A stretch of 40,663 nucleotides of DNA from positions 1 through 40,663 of the forward strand of contig CAZRMD010000003.1 of the NCBI GenBank assembly GCA_964601135.1. Reading direction: 5' to 3'. This document shows positions 32,566-40,663 of this stretch, one piece after another. A model generated the notes under the pieces. That model made no database searches, was not told the origin of the DNA, and worked only from the letters and a program-made list of their open reading frames with translations. Position 1 is the first letter of the stretch; each line of letters starts with the position of its first letter. A program made the position numbers and the translations under genes. The stretch comes from an uncultured Actinomycetes bacterium (lineage in GTDB: Bacteria; Chloroflexota; Dormibacteria; CF-121).

Positions 32566-33327
32566 CTATGCGGGAAATGACGCTACGCCACCGTCGCGGA
32601 AGATCGTGTAGTCGTGCGAGGGCAGGACATGGTCCGCCCGCTTCCTGAGCAGCTCCATCGACTCCATCGAATGGTCGACATCGTTGTGAAATCCGGGTGG
32701 TATGTCGCGCTCCAGATTCTCGTAGGTAAACACCGCGTCGCCGGCGATCACGTAGCGCCCGCCATCGGTGTCGACCAGGATCGCCTGCGAACCGGGCGTA
32801 TGTCCGGGAACGGGAAGCGTTCTGATCCCTGGACGGATCTCTGTCTCGCCGCGCACGACATCAAGGTTGGGCAAGAGGTAGGGTGGATGCGGCCATCCGG
32901 AAAGCGGCGAGAGGAAGGCCTTGTAAAAGAACCGGCCGGGCACCAGCGCATAGCGCAGCTCCGCCGCCTGTACGAGCACCTTCGCCTCCTTGAAGAGATC
33001 GCAGTTGCCGGCGTGGTCCCAGTGGAGATGTGTGAGCAAGACGAGTTCGACGTTCTTTGGATCGACCCCGGCGTTCTTGAGGGCGTTGAGCGGTTCCTGC
33101 TCCCGGCTCCGCTCGAAATGCTCGCCGATGAACTCGGCCGGCTTGCCTCCGACGGGCACGCTGGTATCGACGACGATGGTCGTCTCGCCTTCTAGGACCC
33201 ACATGACGCGCGGGATGCGAATCGTCTTCCCGCAATCGACCAGGTAGGTAATCACCGACTTCTCGATCACAGACGTCCCGGTGTCGAGCGCCTTGATTCG
33301 CCAGCGACCCGTCGTCGCCGGCGCCAT
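32566..33327 (-). CDS. Metallo-beta-lactamase-fold hydrolase (AHL-lactonase family)
   Basis: THLHWDHAGN, PGHTPGSQ, IAGDA, PSHD. The start ATG 33327 overlaps the SDR stop. Confidence 0.9.
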   Translation of the reverse strand: MAPATTGRWRIKALDTGTSVIEKSVITYLVDCGKTIRIPRVMWVLEGETTIVVDTSVPVGGKPAEFIGEHFERSREQEPLNALKNAGVDPKNVELVLLTHLHWDHAGNCDLFKEAKVLVQAAELRYALVPGRFFYKAFLSPLSGWPHPPYLLPNLDVVRGETEIRPGIRTLPVPGHTPGSQAILVDTDGGRYVIAGDAVFTYENLERDIPPGFHNDVDHSMESMELLRKRADHVLPSHDYTIFRDGGVASFPA

Positions 33328-34121
33328 CAGACTTCCTGGCTGGTCGGTCCGAACTGGACGCCGGGCAGCTCGCCGTTGATGGTGTAGCCGCCGTCGACGA
33401 TGATCGCCTCGCCCGTGATGTAGCGGGCGTCGTCCGAGGCGAGGAAGGTGAACACGTTCGCGATCCACTCCGGTTCGCCCAGCTTGCCTACCGGGATCCG
33501 ATCCTCGAAGGCCTTCTGGATTGGCGGCGTGAACATCGGCTCGGTCAAGGGCGTGCGGATGTGCCCCGGTAGAACGCAGTTCACCGTGATGCCGTTCGGG
33601 GCCACTTCGATCGCCAGTGAGCGAGCCAGGCCGATGACGCCTGCCTTCGCGGCGGTATAGGCGGCCTGCAGGCTGCGCGTCTGCACGGCCAGCAATGAGG
33701 AGGTCGTCAGGATTCGTCCACCGCGGCCCTGTTTGATCATCTGGCGGACGGCCTCGCGCGAGCCGTAGAACGGGCCGTAGAGGTCGACCTTGATCATGTG
33801 GTCCCATTCGTCGTCGCTCATCTCCGCGACGCGGCGCTGCAGAACGGCCGCCGCGTTGTTGACCAGAATATCGAGTCCGCCGAAGGACTTCACGGCGTGG
33901 GCAACCATGTCGCGGTTGGTCTCGGGGCGCTTGACGTCGCCGATGAAAGCCGACGCCGTGCCGCCAGCCTTGCTCAATTCCTCCTTGACCCGCTCGGCGC
34001 CCTCGCGATTCTGGTCGACGACGACGACCGCCACGCCCTCCCGCGAAAACGACTGGCAGATGGCGCGGCCGATTCCCGAGCCGCCGCCGGTGACGACGGC
34101 CACCTTGTCCTTCAGCTTCAT
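33327..34121 (-). CDS. Short-chain dehydrogenase/reductase
   Basis: TGGGSGIG, NNAA, YTAAK, PGHIRT. Confidence 0.94.
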   Translation of the reverse strand: MKLKDKVAVVTGGGSGIGRAICQSFSREGVAVVVVDQNREGAERVKEELSKAGGTASAFIGDVKRPETNRDMVAHAVKSFGGLDILVNNAAAVLQRRVAEMSDDEWDHMIKVDLYGPFYGSREAVRQMIKQGRGGRILTTSSLLAVQTRSLQAAYTAAKAGVIGLARSLAIEVAPNGITVNCVLPGHIRTPLTEPMFTPPIQKAFEDRIPVGKLGEPEWIANVFTFLASDDARYITGEAIIVDGGYTINGELPGVQFGPTSQEV

Positions 34122-34131
34122 GTGGTCCTCC

Positions 34132-35010
34132 CTACGTTGATTTGATGGCCCCGAAGGAGAGTCCCCGCACGAGGTACCGCTGGAGCGCGAAGGCGATGAT
34201 CACGACCGGCAGGGCGCCAATCGTCGCGATGGCCGCGATATCACCCCACAGCACATTGTGCGACTCCATCAGGGTTGGCAGGATGAAGGGCAGCGTTGTG
34301 ACACGGCCTCGGGAGAGCAAGACGGCAAAGGTGAATTCATTCCAGGTGAAGATCAAGGCGAACAACGCCGTCGCCACCAGCGCCGGGCGAACGTTGGGCA
34401 ACACCACGTCCCAGAACGCCCGCAGCCGGGAGGCGCCGTTGACCAGGGCCGATTCCTCGATCTCGAGCGGAAGGTCCTGGAAGAAGCCCTTCATCAGCCA
34501 GGTGACGAAGGGCACCGTGAAGACCAGGTACTGAACGATCAAGGCGATATAGGTGTCGACCAGCCCGAGATTTGACCAGAAGAGGAACATCGGAATAGCC
34601 ACCGCGACCGGCGGCATGAACAGGATGCTGAGGATGAAAAAGGACAGGTTGGTGCCGCCGGTGCGAAAGCGGGCGATGCTGTAGGCGGCCAGCGTGCCAA
34701 TCACCATGCCGATGACCGTCGAGCTGATGGCCACGATGGCGCTGTCCTGCAATCCCTTGAGGCCGTTGTAGAAAAATAAGGCGTCGGTGAAATTCTTGAA
34801 GTACAGCTCTGTCGGGATGAAGATCGGCGGGTTGGTCAGCCACTCGTTGGGTGGCTTAACCGAGGTTGCGAGCATCCAGTAGACGGGGAAGAGGAAAAAG
34901 ATCAAGCCGACCGCAATCCCCAGGTAAACGAGCCAGCGCGCCAGACCGGCACGGACGACGGGCGTCGGGAGCGGCCGGCCTCGGCTCAGCGTCGGAGCAG
35001 CGGTCGCCAT
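34132..35010 (-). CDS. Carbohydrate ABC transporter permease (MalG-like)
   Basis: EESALVNGAS EAA motif, WNEF. Confidence 0.94.
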   Translation of the reverse strand: MATAAPTLSRGRPLPTPVVRAGLARWLVYLGIAVGLIFFLFPVYWMLATSVKPPNEWLTNPPIFIPTELYFKNFTDALFFYNGLKGLQDSAIVAISSTVIGMVIGTLAAYSIARFRTGGTNLSFFILSILFMPPVAVAIPMFLFWSNLGLVDTYIALIVQYLVFTVPFVTWLMKGFFQDLPLEIEESALVNGASRLRAFWDVVLPNVRPALVATALFALIFTWNEFTFAVLLSRGRVTTLPFILPTLMESHNVLWGDIAAIATIGALPVVIIAFALQRYLVRGLSFGAIKST

Positions 35011-35918
35011 CAGCCCGCCGGTCGCCCGACGGGGCGCTCCATGAAGCCGAGGATCAAGCGGGCCAGGACGGTGACCAGGATCAGGGTCACGAACGCCATC
35101 GCCGTGCTGTATCCCAGGTCGAAGTAGCGGAAGCCCTGGACATAGGTGTAGAAAGCCAGGCTCTCGGTGCTTGTCCCCGGGCCACCGGCGGTCAGGCTAT
35201 AGATGATGTCGAAGATCTTGAAGGCCGAGATCAGTCGCAGGATCACGGCGATGGCGATGACGCGTCGCAGTAGCGGGATGGTGTGGAAGATGACCATCTG
35301 CCACCCGCTCGAGCCGTCGACGCGGGCGGCCTCGAACACCGGCCTCGGGAGCGACTTGATGCCGGCGAACATCAGCAGGATCATGAACGGCGTCCATTCC
35401 CAGAAATCGGTCAGCACGAGCGAGGGCAGCGCTCCTCGCGGCGAGGCGGTCCAGGGCTGCAGCGGCTGATGGAAAAGTTGGAGAAAGTAGTTGAGCGGCC
35501 CGGAGTAGTACTCGAACAGCTGCCGCCACTGGAAGGCAACGACCGAAGGGGAGAGGATGCTTGGAATCAGCAAGACGGTGGCGATGATCTGCTGATAACG
35601 AGGCAACCGGTCCAGCGCGAGTGCGATGGCCAGTCCAACCACCAGCTGAATGGTGATGACGGAAACCGCGAACACCGCGGTGACGCGCAGGCTGCTCCAG
35701 AACAGCCCGTCGTGAAACAGGTGGACATAGTTGTCCAGGCCGATGAAGCGGGGCGTCGCCACCGAGAGCAACGAGTTCTGCATGAACGACAGCCGCAGCG
35801 CCCAGAGCAGCGGGAAGATGCTGATGCCGATCAGCAGGAGCGTGGCAGGGGCAACGGTGAGGAGGGCGAAGAGTCGCCCTCCGCCAGACGCCTGCCGTCG
35901 TCCGACCACCGCTGCCAT
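35010..35918 (-). CDS. Carbohydrate ABC transporter permease (MalF-like)
   Basis: FIGLDNY, WEWTPF, FEAARVDGSS, LTAGGPG. Confidence 0.94.
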   Translation of the reverse strand: MAAVVGRRQASGGGRLFALLTVAPATLLLIGISIFPLLWALRLSFMQNSLLSVATPRFIGLDNYVHLFHDGLFWSSLRVTAVFAVSVITIQLVVGLAIALALDRLPRYQQIIATVLLIPSILSPSVVAFQWRQLFEYYSGPLNYFLQLFHQPLQPWTASPRGALPSLVLTDFWEWTPFMILLMFAGIKSLPRPVFEAARVDGSSGWQMVIFHTIPLLRRVIAIAVILRLISAFKIFDIIYSLTAGGPGTSTESLAFYTYVQGFRYFDLGYSTAMAFVTLILVTVLARLILGFMERPVGRPAG

Positions 35919-35923
35919 ACGCG

Positions 35924-37318
35924 TCAGTAGTTGATGCCGGCCTTGTGGAAGCTATCTATCCAATCGGCGTAGGCCTTGACCTGGGCGTCTTTGCCCAAAG
36001 ATGTCGTGATGCTGTCCCACTCGTCCGAGGCCGACTTGAGCGCCTGCGCCGGACTGGAGCTTCCGGACAACGCCTCGTTGACTTTGAGGTCGAGGATGTC
36101 GATATAGCGCGGTGCACCCGGAATCGATAGCTCCGGGTAGCCGATGGCGAGGCCGTCCTTGTTGGCATTGACGTAGCTGGTTGCAGCGTCGGCAGACATC
36201 GACGGCTTGCCGGTGTGGTCCTTCACGGCGCTGGTGTTGAAGTGGGACTGGCGGAACGGATCCTCGCCGCAGTTCGGGTCGTAGACATCTTTGATGCTGA
36301 CCTCGCTGCGGTTCATGTACTGGATCAGCTTGTAGGAGTTGTGGGGGTTCGAGCTGTACGCCGAGATCGCCATGATGCGCGAATAGGGCATGTAGTTGCG
36401 CACCGGCGAGGGTGCGTAGCCGTTCATCCCTACCGACTTGCTCTTGGACGAGTCCTCCGCCTTCAGAGCCAGGTCGTTCCACTGCACGACCATCGCGGTG
36501 TTGTTCTTGAGGTAGGCGTCGTTGAGCTCCGGGTAGCCGATCTGGAGAATGTTTGGTGGCGCGAATTGCTTGAGCTTGATCAAGGTCTCGAGCGCCTTGA
36601 CACCTTCATCGCCAGCGATACCGGGCTTCATGTCGGAACTGAACCACTTGCCGCCATTGGCCGCGAAGATGTTGATGAACCAGCCGTAGCAGAAGCCCCG
36701 CTGGCCATAGAAGGCGTTGCCGAACTGGTCCGGCGGGCGGTGTAGCTCCTGGGCGGTCGTAACGAATTCGTCCCAGGTCTTGGGCGGGTTCTTGATCCCG
36801 GCCTTGTCGAACATGTCCTTTCGATAGGTGATCTGGAGCTGGTCACCGTCATAAGCGGCCGCGTAGAGTTTGCCGTTGCGCTTCAGGTAGACGTCCCGGT
36901 AGACGGGTAGCACGTCGTCTAGCTTGAATTCGGACTCACTGCCGAAGTCGGTCATCACGTGCAAGAAGCCCTTGGCGACGAAGTCGCCGATGAAGAAGGG
37001 CGGAAAGACCAGCACGTCATAGACGTTGCTGCGCGTGATCATCTCGGAGACGATCTTCTCGTACTGGCCGACGAACGGCAGCCCGATGATCTTTGGTGTT
37101 ACCCCCACGGCTGACTGCATGTCGTTGGCGAACCAGCGGAAGGGATTGGCATTCTGGCCCTCGTCGATCTCGACGGCGAGCGTGGTCGCCTCGTTCGAGC
37201 TCCCCGTGCCAGTGCCACACGCCGAGAGCAAGGATCCGACCGAACTTCCGCCAAGCGCCAGTAGGGCACTCGCTTTGGCACTGTCTGCCAGGAAATGTCT
37301 ACGGGTGATTGGGGGCAT
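35924..37318 (-). CDS. Carbohydrate ABC substrate-binding protein (Tat lipoprotein)
   Basis: GGAAGGAG RBS; MPPITRRHFL, LLSAC lipobox, YRKDMF, PPKTWDEF. Confidence 0.9.
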   Translation of the reverse strand: MPPITRRHFLADSAKASALLALGGSSVGSLLSACGTGTGSSNEATTLAVEIDEGQNANPFRWFANDMQSAVGVTPKIIGLPFVGQYEKIVSEMITRSNVYDVLVFPPFFIGDFVAKGFLHVMTDFGSESEFKLDDVLPVYRDVYLKRNGKLYAAAYDGDQLQITYRKDMFDKAGIKNPPKTWDEFVTTAQELHRPPDQFGNAFYGQRGFCYGWFINIFAANGGKWFSSDMKPGIAGDEGVKALETLIKLKQFAPPNILQIGYPELNDAYLKNNTAMVVQWNDLALKAEDSSKSKSVGMNGYAPSPVRNYMPYSRIMAISAYSSNPHNSYKLIQYMNRSEVSIKDVYDPNCGEDPFRQSHFNTSAVKDHTGKPSMSADAATSYVNANKDGLAIGYPELSIPGAPRYIDILDLKVNEALSGSSSPAQALKSASDEWDSITTSLGKDAQVKAYADWIDSFHKAGINY

Positions 37319-37346
37319 ACACTTCACTCTCCTTCCTTGAGTTGGA

Positions 37347-38447
37347 TCACGCGATTCGCCGGCCGCTCCCGGCCGATTGATCAGGCGCAAAAAAGTGCAG
37401 CGATTCCGGTCGTAGTTCGAGAAACACCTCCTCTTCCATCCGTAGTCGAAGCTCAGGATCCGATTCGACCTTGAAGATCTCATCCATCAGCCGGAATTCG
37501 TAGATGACCCTCGAGCCTTCGGGCTCCGCGACGTACACCCGCGCGGGGATTCGTTCCGGTGCCGACTGGCGGTGCACCTTGACGGCCGGTGGCCGGATGC
37601 CAACCGTGACGTGGTCGGCCTTGGTCTTCTCGAGTTCGGGCCGGGCCTGTTCGCTGGCCGCCAGCCAGTAATTGCCGGCGCGGGCCCCGAGCCGGCCGTT
37701 GCGCCGCTCGATCGTCGCCGGCAGTAGGTTCATTCGCGGTTCTCCGACAAAGCCGGCCACGAACGTATTCACCGGGCGCGAGTAGATATCGTCCGGTGAA
37801 CCCAGCTGTTGCAGCACCCCGTCTTTCATCACCGCGATGGTGTCGGCCATGCTGAGAGCGTCGAGCTGGTCATGCGTCACCACGACCATGGCCGTCTTCA
37901 GCATCTTTTGCAGCCGCTTGATCTCGCCGCGCATCGTGCTGCGAAGAAGGGCGTCGAGACTCGAGATCGGTTCATCGAGCAGGTAGAGCTGCGGCCGCTG
38001 GATGATGGCACGCGCCAGCGCCACCCGCTGCTGCTGCCCACCCGAGATCTGCTGCACCGAGCGGTAGATCAGTGACTCGATGTCCAGCAACTTCGCGACC
38101 TCGGCCACCCGCTTATCGCGCTCGGCGCGCGCGATGCCGCGAACCTTTAAGGGATAGCCGATGTTCTCGCTTACCGAGAGATGCGGGTAGAGCGCGAAGC
38201 CCTGGAACATCATGCCGACGTGGCGCGCCCGGGGCTCGAGCTTGGTCACGTTTCGCTCGCCCACCCAGATCTCACCCGTGTCGGGCGTCTCCAGTCCGGC
38301 CATCATCCGCAGCGTCGTCGTCTTGCCGCAGCCGGATGGACCCAGCAGACAAAGCAAGGTTCCATCGGGCACGTCCAGCGAGAGATCGCGCACCGCGGGC
38401 ACCGTGCCAAACGATCGCGAAAGGTTCTTGAGCCGAACCGCAGCCAT
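37347..38447 (-). CDS. Carbohydrate ABC transporter ATPase (MalK-like)
   Basis: GPSGCGKTT, ISGGQQQRVALARA, LLDEP, VTHDQ. Confidence 0.95.
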   Translation of the reverse strand: MAAVRLKNLSRSFGTVPAVRDLSLDVPDGTLLCLLGPSGCGKTTTLRMMAGLETPDTGEIWVGERNVTKLEPRARHVGMMFQGFALYPHLSVSENIGYPLKVRGIARAERDKRVAEVAKLLDIESLIYRSVQQISGGQQQRVALARAIIQRPQLYLLDEPISSLDALLRSTMRGEIKRLQKMLKTAMVVVTHDQLDALSMADTIAVMKDGVLQQLGSPDDIYSRPVNTFVAGFVGEPRMNLLPATIERRNGRLGARAGNYWLAASEQARPELEKTKADHVTVGIRPPAVKVHRQSAPERIPARVYVAEPEGSRVIYEFRLMDEIFKVESDPELRLRMEEEVFLELRPESLHFFAPDQSAGSGRRIA

Positions 38448-38951
38448 CTATCTCTTAATCTCCTTCGTCGCCACAGTGGGGGCGGGGGTGATCGAGACCG
38501 GCTCCGGCAGTGGAGCGATCTCCAGATCCTCTTTTGCCGTATGCCGCCGGAAGATCACCCAGAAATTGACTCGCTCGCGATCGGGATAGCCGGCCCAGTG
38601 CCAAACTCCGGGATGAAGCATCAAGCCCTCGCCAACCCGGACCCGCACCGCGATCAACCCGTTCCCGGGAGTCGCTGCTCCTGTCCTCAGGGCGATGGGT
38701 ACCAGCAGCTCGCCATTCATGGGTGCGACGAATTCTGACGTGCGGACGTGCCGTTCCATCTGGCGCACGCGAGCGGGTCGCTGAACCACCTCGCAGATTC
38801 CGACCTCGCCCCATCCATCTTTGAGCTCCAGCGGCGCCAGGGTCGGCCAGTAGCGAAGCTCTTCGTTTTCGACCGGTGGTGCGCTCGACGGCAGCCTGAG
38901 CAGGTATCCGTACGGCTCCAGGCCGGGATCCCCACTTTCGATGATGGTCAT
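38448..38951 (-). CDS. Ureidoglycolate lyase-like cupin
   Basis: MERHVRTSE and HPGVWH motifs. Confidence 0.7.
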   Translation of the reverse strand: MTIIESGDPGLEPYGYLLRLPSSAPPVENEELRYWPTLAPLELKDGWGEVGICEVVQRPARVRQMERHVRTSEFVAPMNGELLVPIALRTGAATPGNGLIAVRVRVGEGLMLHPGVWHWAGYPDRERVNFWVIFRRHTAKEDLEIAPLPEPVSITPAPTVATKEIKR

Positions 38952-39014
38952 CAGAACTCTCCCTTCCGATCCCCTTCATCGCCCCGCGTTTCCCCAGGAA
39001 CGCGGCGCGCCACC

Positions 39015-39058
39015 GATGTAAGCGGTTTCATCCTAACAAGGAGAAATTCTGCTTTCAA
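39015..39058 (-). promoter_or_regulatory. Sigma70-type promoter with overlapping LacI-family operator
   Basis: Minus strand TTGAAA (39058-39053), 17 nt, TAGGAT (39035-39030). GATGAAACCGCTTACATC (39032-39015) matches the TGNAANCGNTTNCA pattern. Confidence 0.75.
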
Positions 39059-39990
39059 GGCCAACGCAATCCGAATAGGCGCTCCAGATCGGCCCGCCGT
39101 GGCAGCGAGCTCTGAGCGCCGACCTTGCTGGCTGCGCCGGCGCCGGCCGCGTTGGCGAGGCGAATCGCTTCCGGAAGAGCGACCCCATCCGAGACAGCAA
39201 CCGCCAGCGCTCCGACGAAGGCGTCCCCCGCCGCCGTCGAATCGACGGCGGTGACGGCGAATGGCTCAACCCGCTGGGTTGTGCCGTTCTCACAGAAGAC
39301 CGATCCCGCCGCCCCGAGGGTCACAACGGCGATGCCGATCCCCTGATTGTGAAGCTGTACCGCCGCGGCGATGGCAGCGCCGGGATCGACCACTGGGTGC
39401 CCAACGAGGGCGGCCGTTTCCGGCTCATTCGTCACCAGGATGTCGAGTCCCTTCAAGTCGGAGACCGCAATGCGACCTGACGGCGCTGCGTTCAGGAGTG
39501 TGCGAATGCGCTTCCGCTGCGCCTGGGCAATGGCCGCACGGGCGACCAGCGGTGGGATCTCGAGCTGGAGGACCAGGAGGTCGCTACTGCTCAAGCCGCT
39601 GAGGGCCGCATCGACCTGGTCGATATCGAGGTTGCCGTTCGCGCCTGATGCGACGGCGATCGTGTTCTCGCCCTGCGGATCGACAAGGATCAGTGCGGTG
39701 CCGGTTGGCGCGGACGCATCGCGGGCTACGCCCTTCGTGTCGACCCCATCGAGACGCAGGCTCTCGATGAGGGTCGCCCCGAATGCGTCGTTGCCAACCC
39801 GTCCCACGATTGCCACCGTCCCACCAAGCCGGGCGGCGGCAGCGGCCTGGTTGGCCCCCTTCCCGCCGGGAAAGGTTTGCAGCGATTCGGCCAGCACCGT
39901 TTCTCCGGCTCGGGGAAGATGGGGAACCCGTGCCACGAGGTCAATGTTCAGGCTGCCCAGGACGACGATTCGGCCCATTTGGTCAGCCAC
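39055..39990 (-). CDS. rbsK: Ribokinase (PfkB family)
   Basis: GSLNIDLV, PRAGETV, GGKGANQA, GENTI, DSTAAGDAFVG. Confidence 0.9.
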   Translation of the reverse strand: MADQMGRIVVLGSLNIDLVARVPHLPRAGETVLAESLQTFPGGKGANQAAAAARLGGTVAIVGRVGNDAFGATLIESLRLDGVDTKGVARDASAPTGTALILVDPQGENTIAVASGANGNLDIDQVDAALSGLSSSDLLVLQLEIPPLVARAAIAQAQRKRIRTLLNAAPSGRIAVSDLKGLDILVTNEPETAALVGHPVVDPGAAIAAAVQLHNQGIGIAVVTLGAAGSVFCENGTTQRVEPFAVTAVDSTAAGDAFVGALAVAVSDGVALPEAIRLANAAGAGAASKVGAQSSLPRRADLERLFGLRWP

Positions 39991-40663
39991 CTGGTAACGG
40001 TTGCGTCGAGTTGCGAACGATCAGCTTTCCGTCGAAAACGATCTTGGCCGGCCGATCCCTTTTCGGACCGTGCTCGATGGCGTCGATCAAGATCTCGGTT
40101 GCCCGGCGTCCCATTTCGAAGGTGGGCTGCTGGATCGTCGTCAGCGGTGGCGAGGTGTACGCCGCCAGGTGGATGTCGTCAAAGCCGACCACCGAGACGT
40201 CTTCCGGGACGCGCCGGCCATGACGCTTGAGGGCCGCGATCACGCCGATTGCGGACAGGTCGTTGGCCGCGAAGACGGCCGTGAAGGGGACCGACTCGGC
40301 GAGCAACCGCTCGATATCCCGATACCCGCTGTCTTCTGTGAAATCGCCTGTGATCCGTAGCCGGCGGTCGGGTTTGACCCGGGCGCGGCTAAGGGCCTCC
40401 TGATAACCGGCGAGCCGTTCCTGACTAACGCGCAGTCGCAGCGGACCGGTGATGTGAACGATTTGCCGGTGGCCGAGCGCGAGCAGGTGCTGCGTCGCCA
40501 GCACGGCGCTCTGCCGGTGATTGACCTGGACGAGCGGGACGCCCGGGAGGTCGATGTTGCGGTCTAAAGAGACAAAAGGCAGTCCTCCGGCTGCCAGCCG
40601 CTCGAGCTCGCGGCGGTGCAGAACCAGGCCGACGGCGAGGATGCCATCGACCTGTTTGGCGCG
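39983..40663 (-). CDS. LacI-family transcriptional regulator (5' end outside the window)
   Basis: LGHRQI, GDFTEDSG, FAANDLSAIG, VPEDVSVVGFDD, PPLTTIQQP; the frame is open to the window edge. Confidence 0.92.
   Translation of the reverse strand, partial: RAKQVDGILAVGLVLHRRELERLAAGGLPFVSLDRNIDLPGVPLVQVNHRQSAVLATQHLLALGHRQIVHITGPLRLRVSQERLAGYQEALSRARVKPDRRLRITGDFTEDSGYRDIERLLAESVPFTAVFAANDLSAIGVIAALKRHGRRVPEDVSVVGFDDIHLAAYTSPPLTTIQQPTFEMGRRATEILIDAIEHGPKRDRPAKIVFDGKLIVRNSTQPLPGG

Noticed and set aside
1-40663. CRISPR array, tRNA-Sec, rRNA, transposase, integrase or prophage
   Set aside because: No regularly spaced repeats, cloverleaf or recombinase motifs were seen by eye; no covariance search was possible.

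Overview
GC-rich bacterial chromosomal window. Gene content and frequent leaderless promoters suggest a soil Terrabacteria lineage such as Dormibacterota, Chloroflexota or Actinomycetota (inference only). It holds about 45 genes: msrA, a gamma-glutamyltransferase, threonine synthase, a VapBC-type toxin-antitoxin pair, several regulators (MarR-GNAT, HD-GYP-LuxR, LAL-type LuxR, OmpR-type two-component system, Crp, LacI) and a LacI-controlled carbohydrate ABC catabolic operon. The standout signal is a minus-strand redox region (about 21.9-30.9 kb). Three genes there look split in the ORF track but are single reading frames interrupted by one in-frame TGA at a catalytic-cysteine position, each followed by a SECIS-like hairpin. 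They are a CcdA/DsbD-type membrane reductase (GFG-U-TGPIL), a peroxiredoxin-like protein (W-U-PYC) and a rhodanese-CBS fusion (C-x4-U), which points to a probable selenoprotein cluster. Also found: several small genes missed by the ORF track, a shared 20-bp promoter motif linking the LAL regulator to two flanking lipoproteins, a perfect CRP box, and a few frameshifted or deleted genes. No rRNA, tRNA, CRISPR array or transposase was seen.
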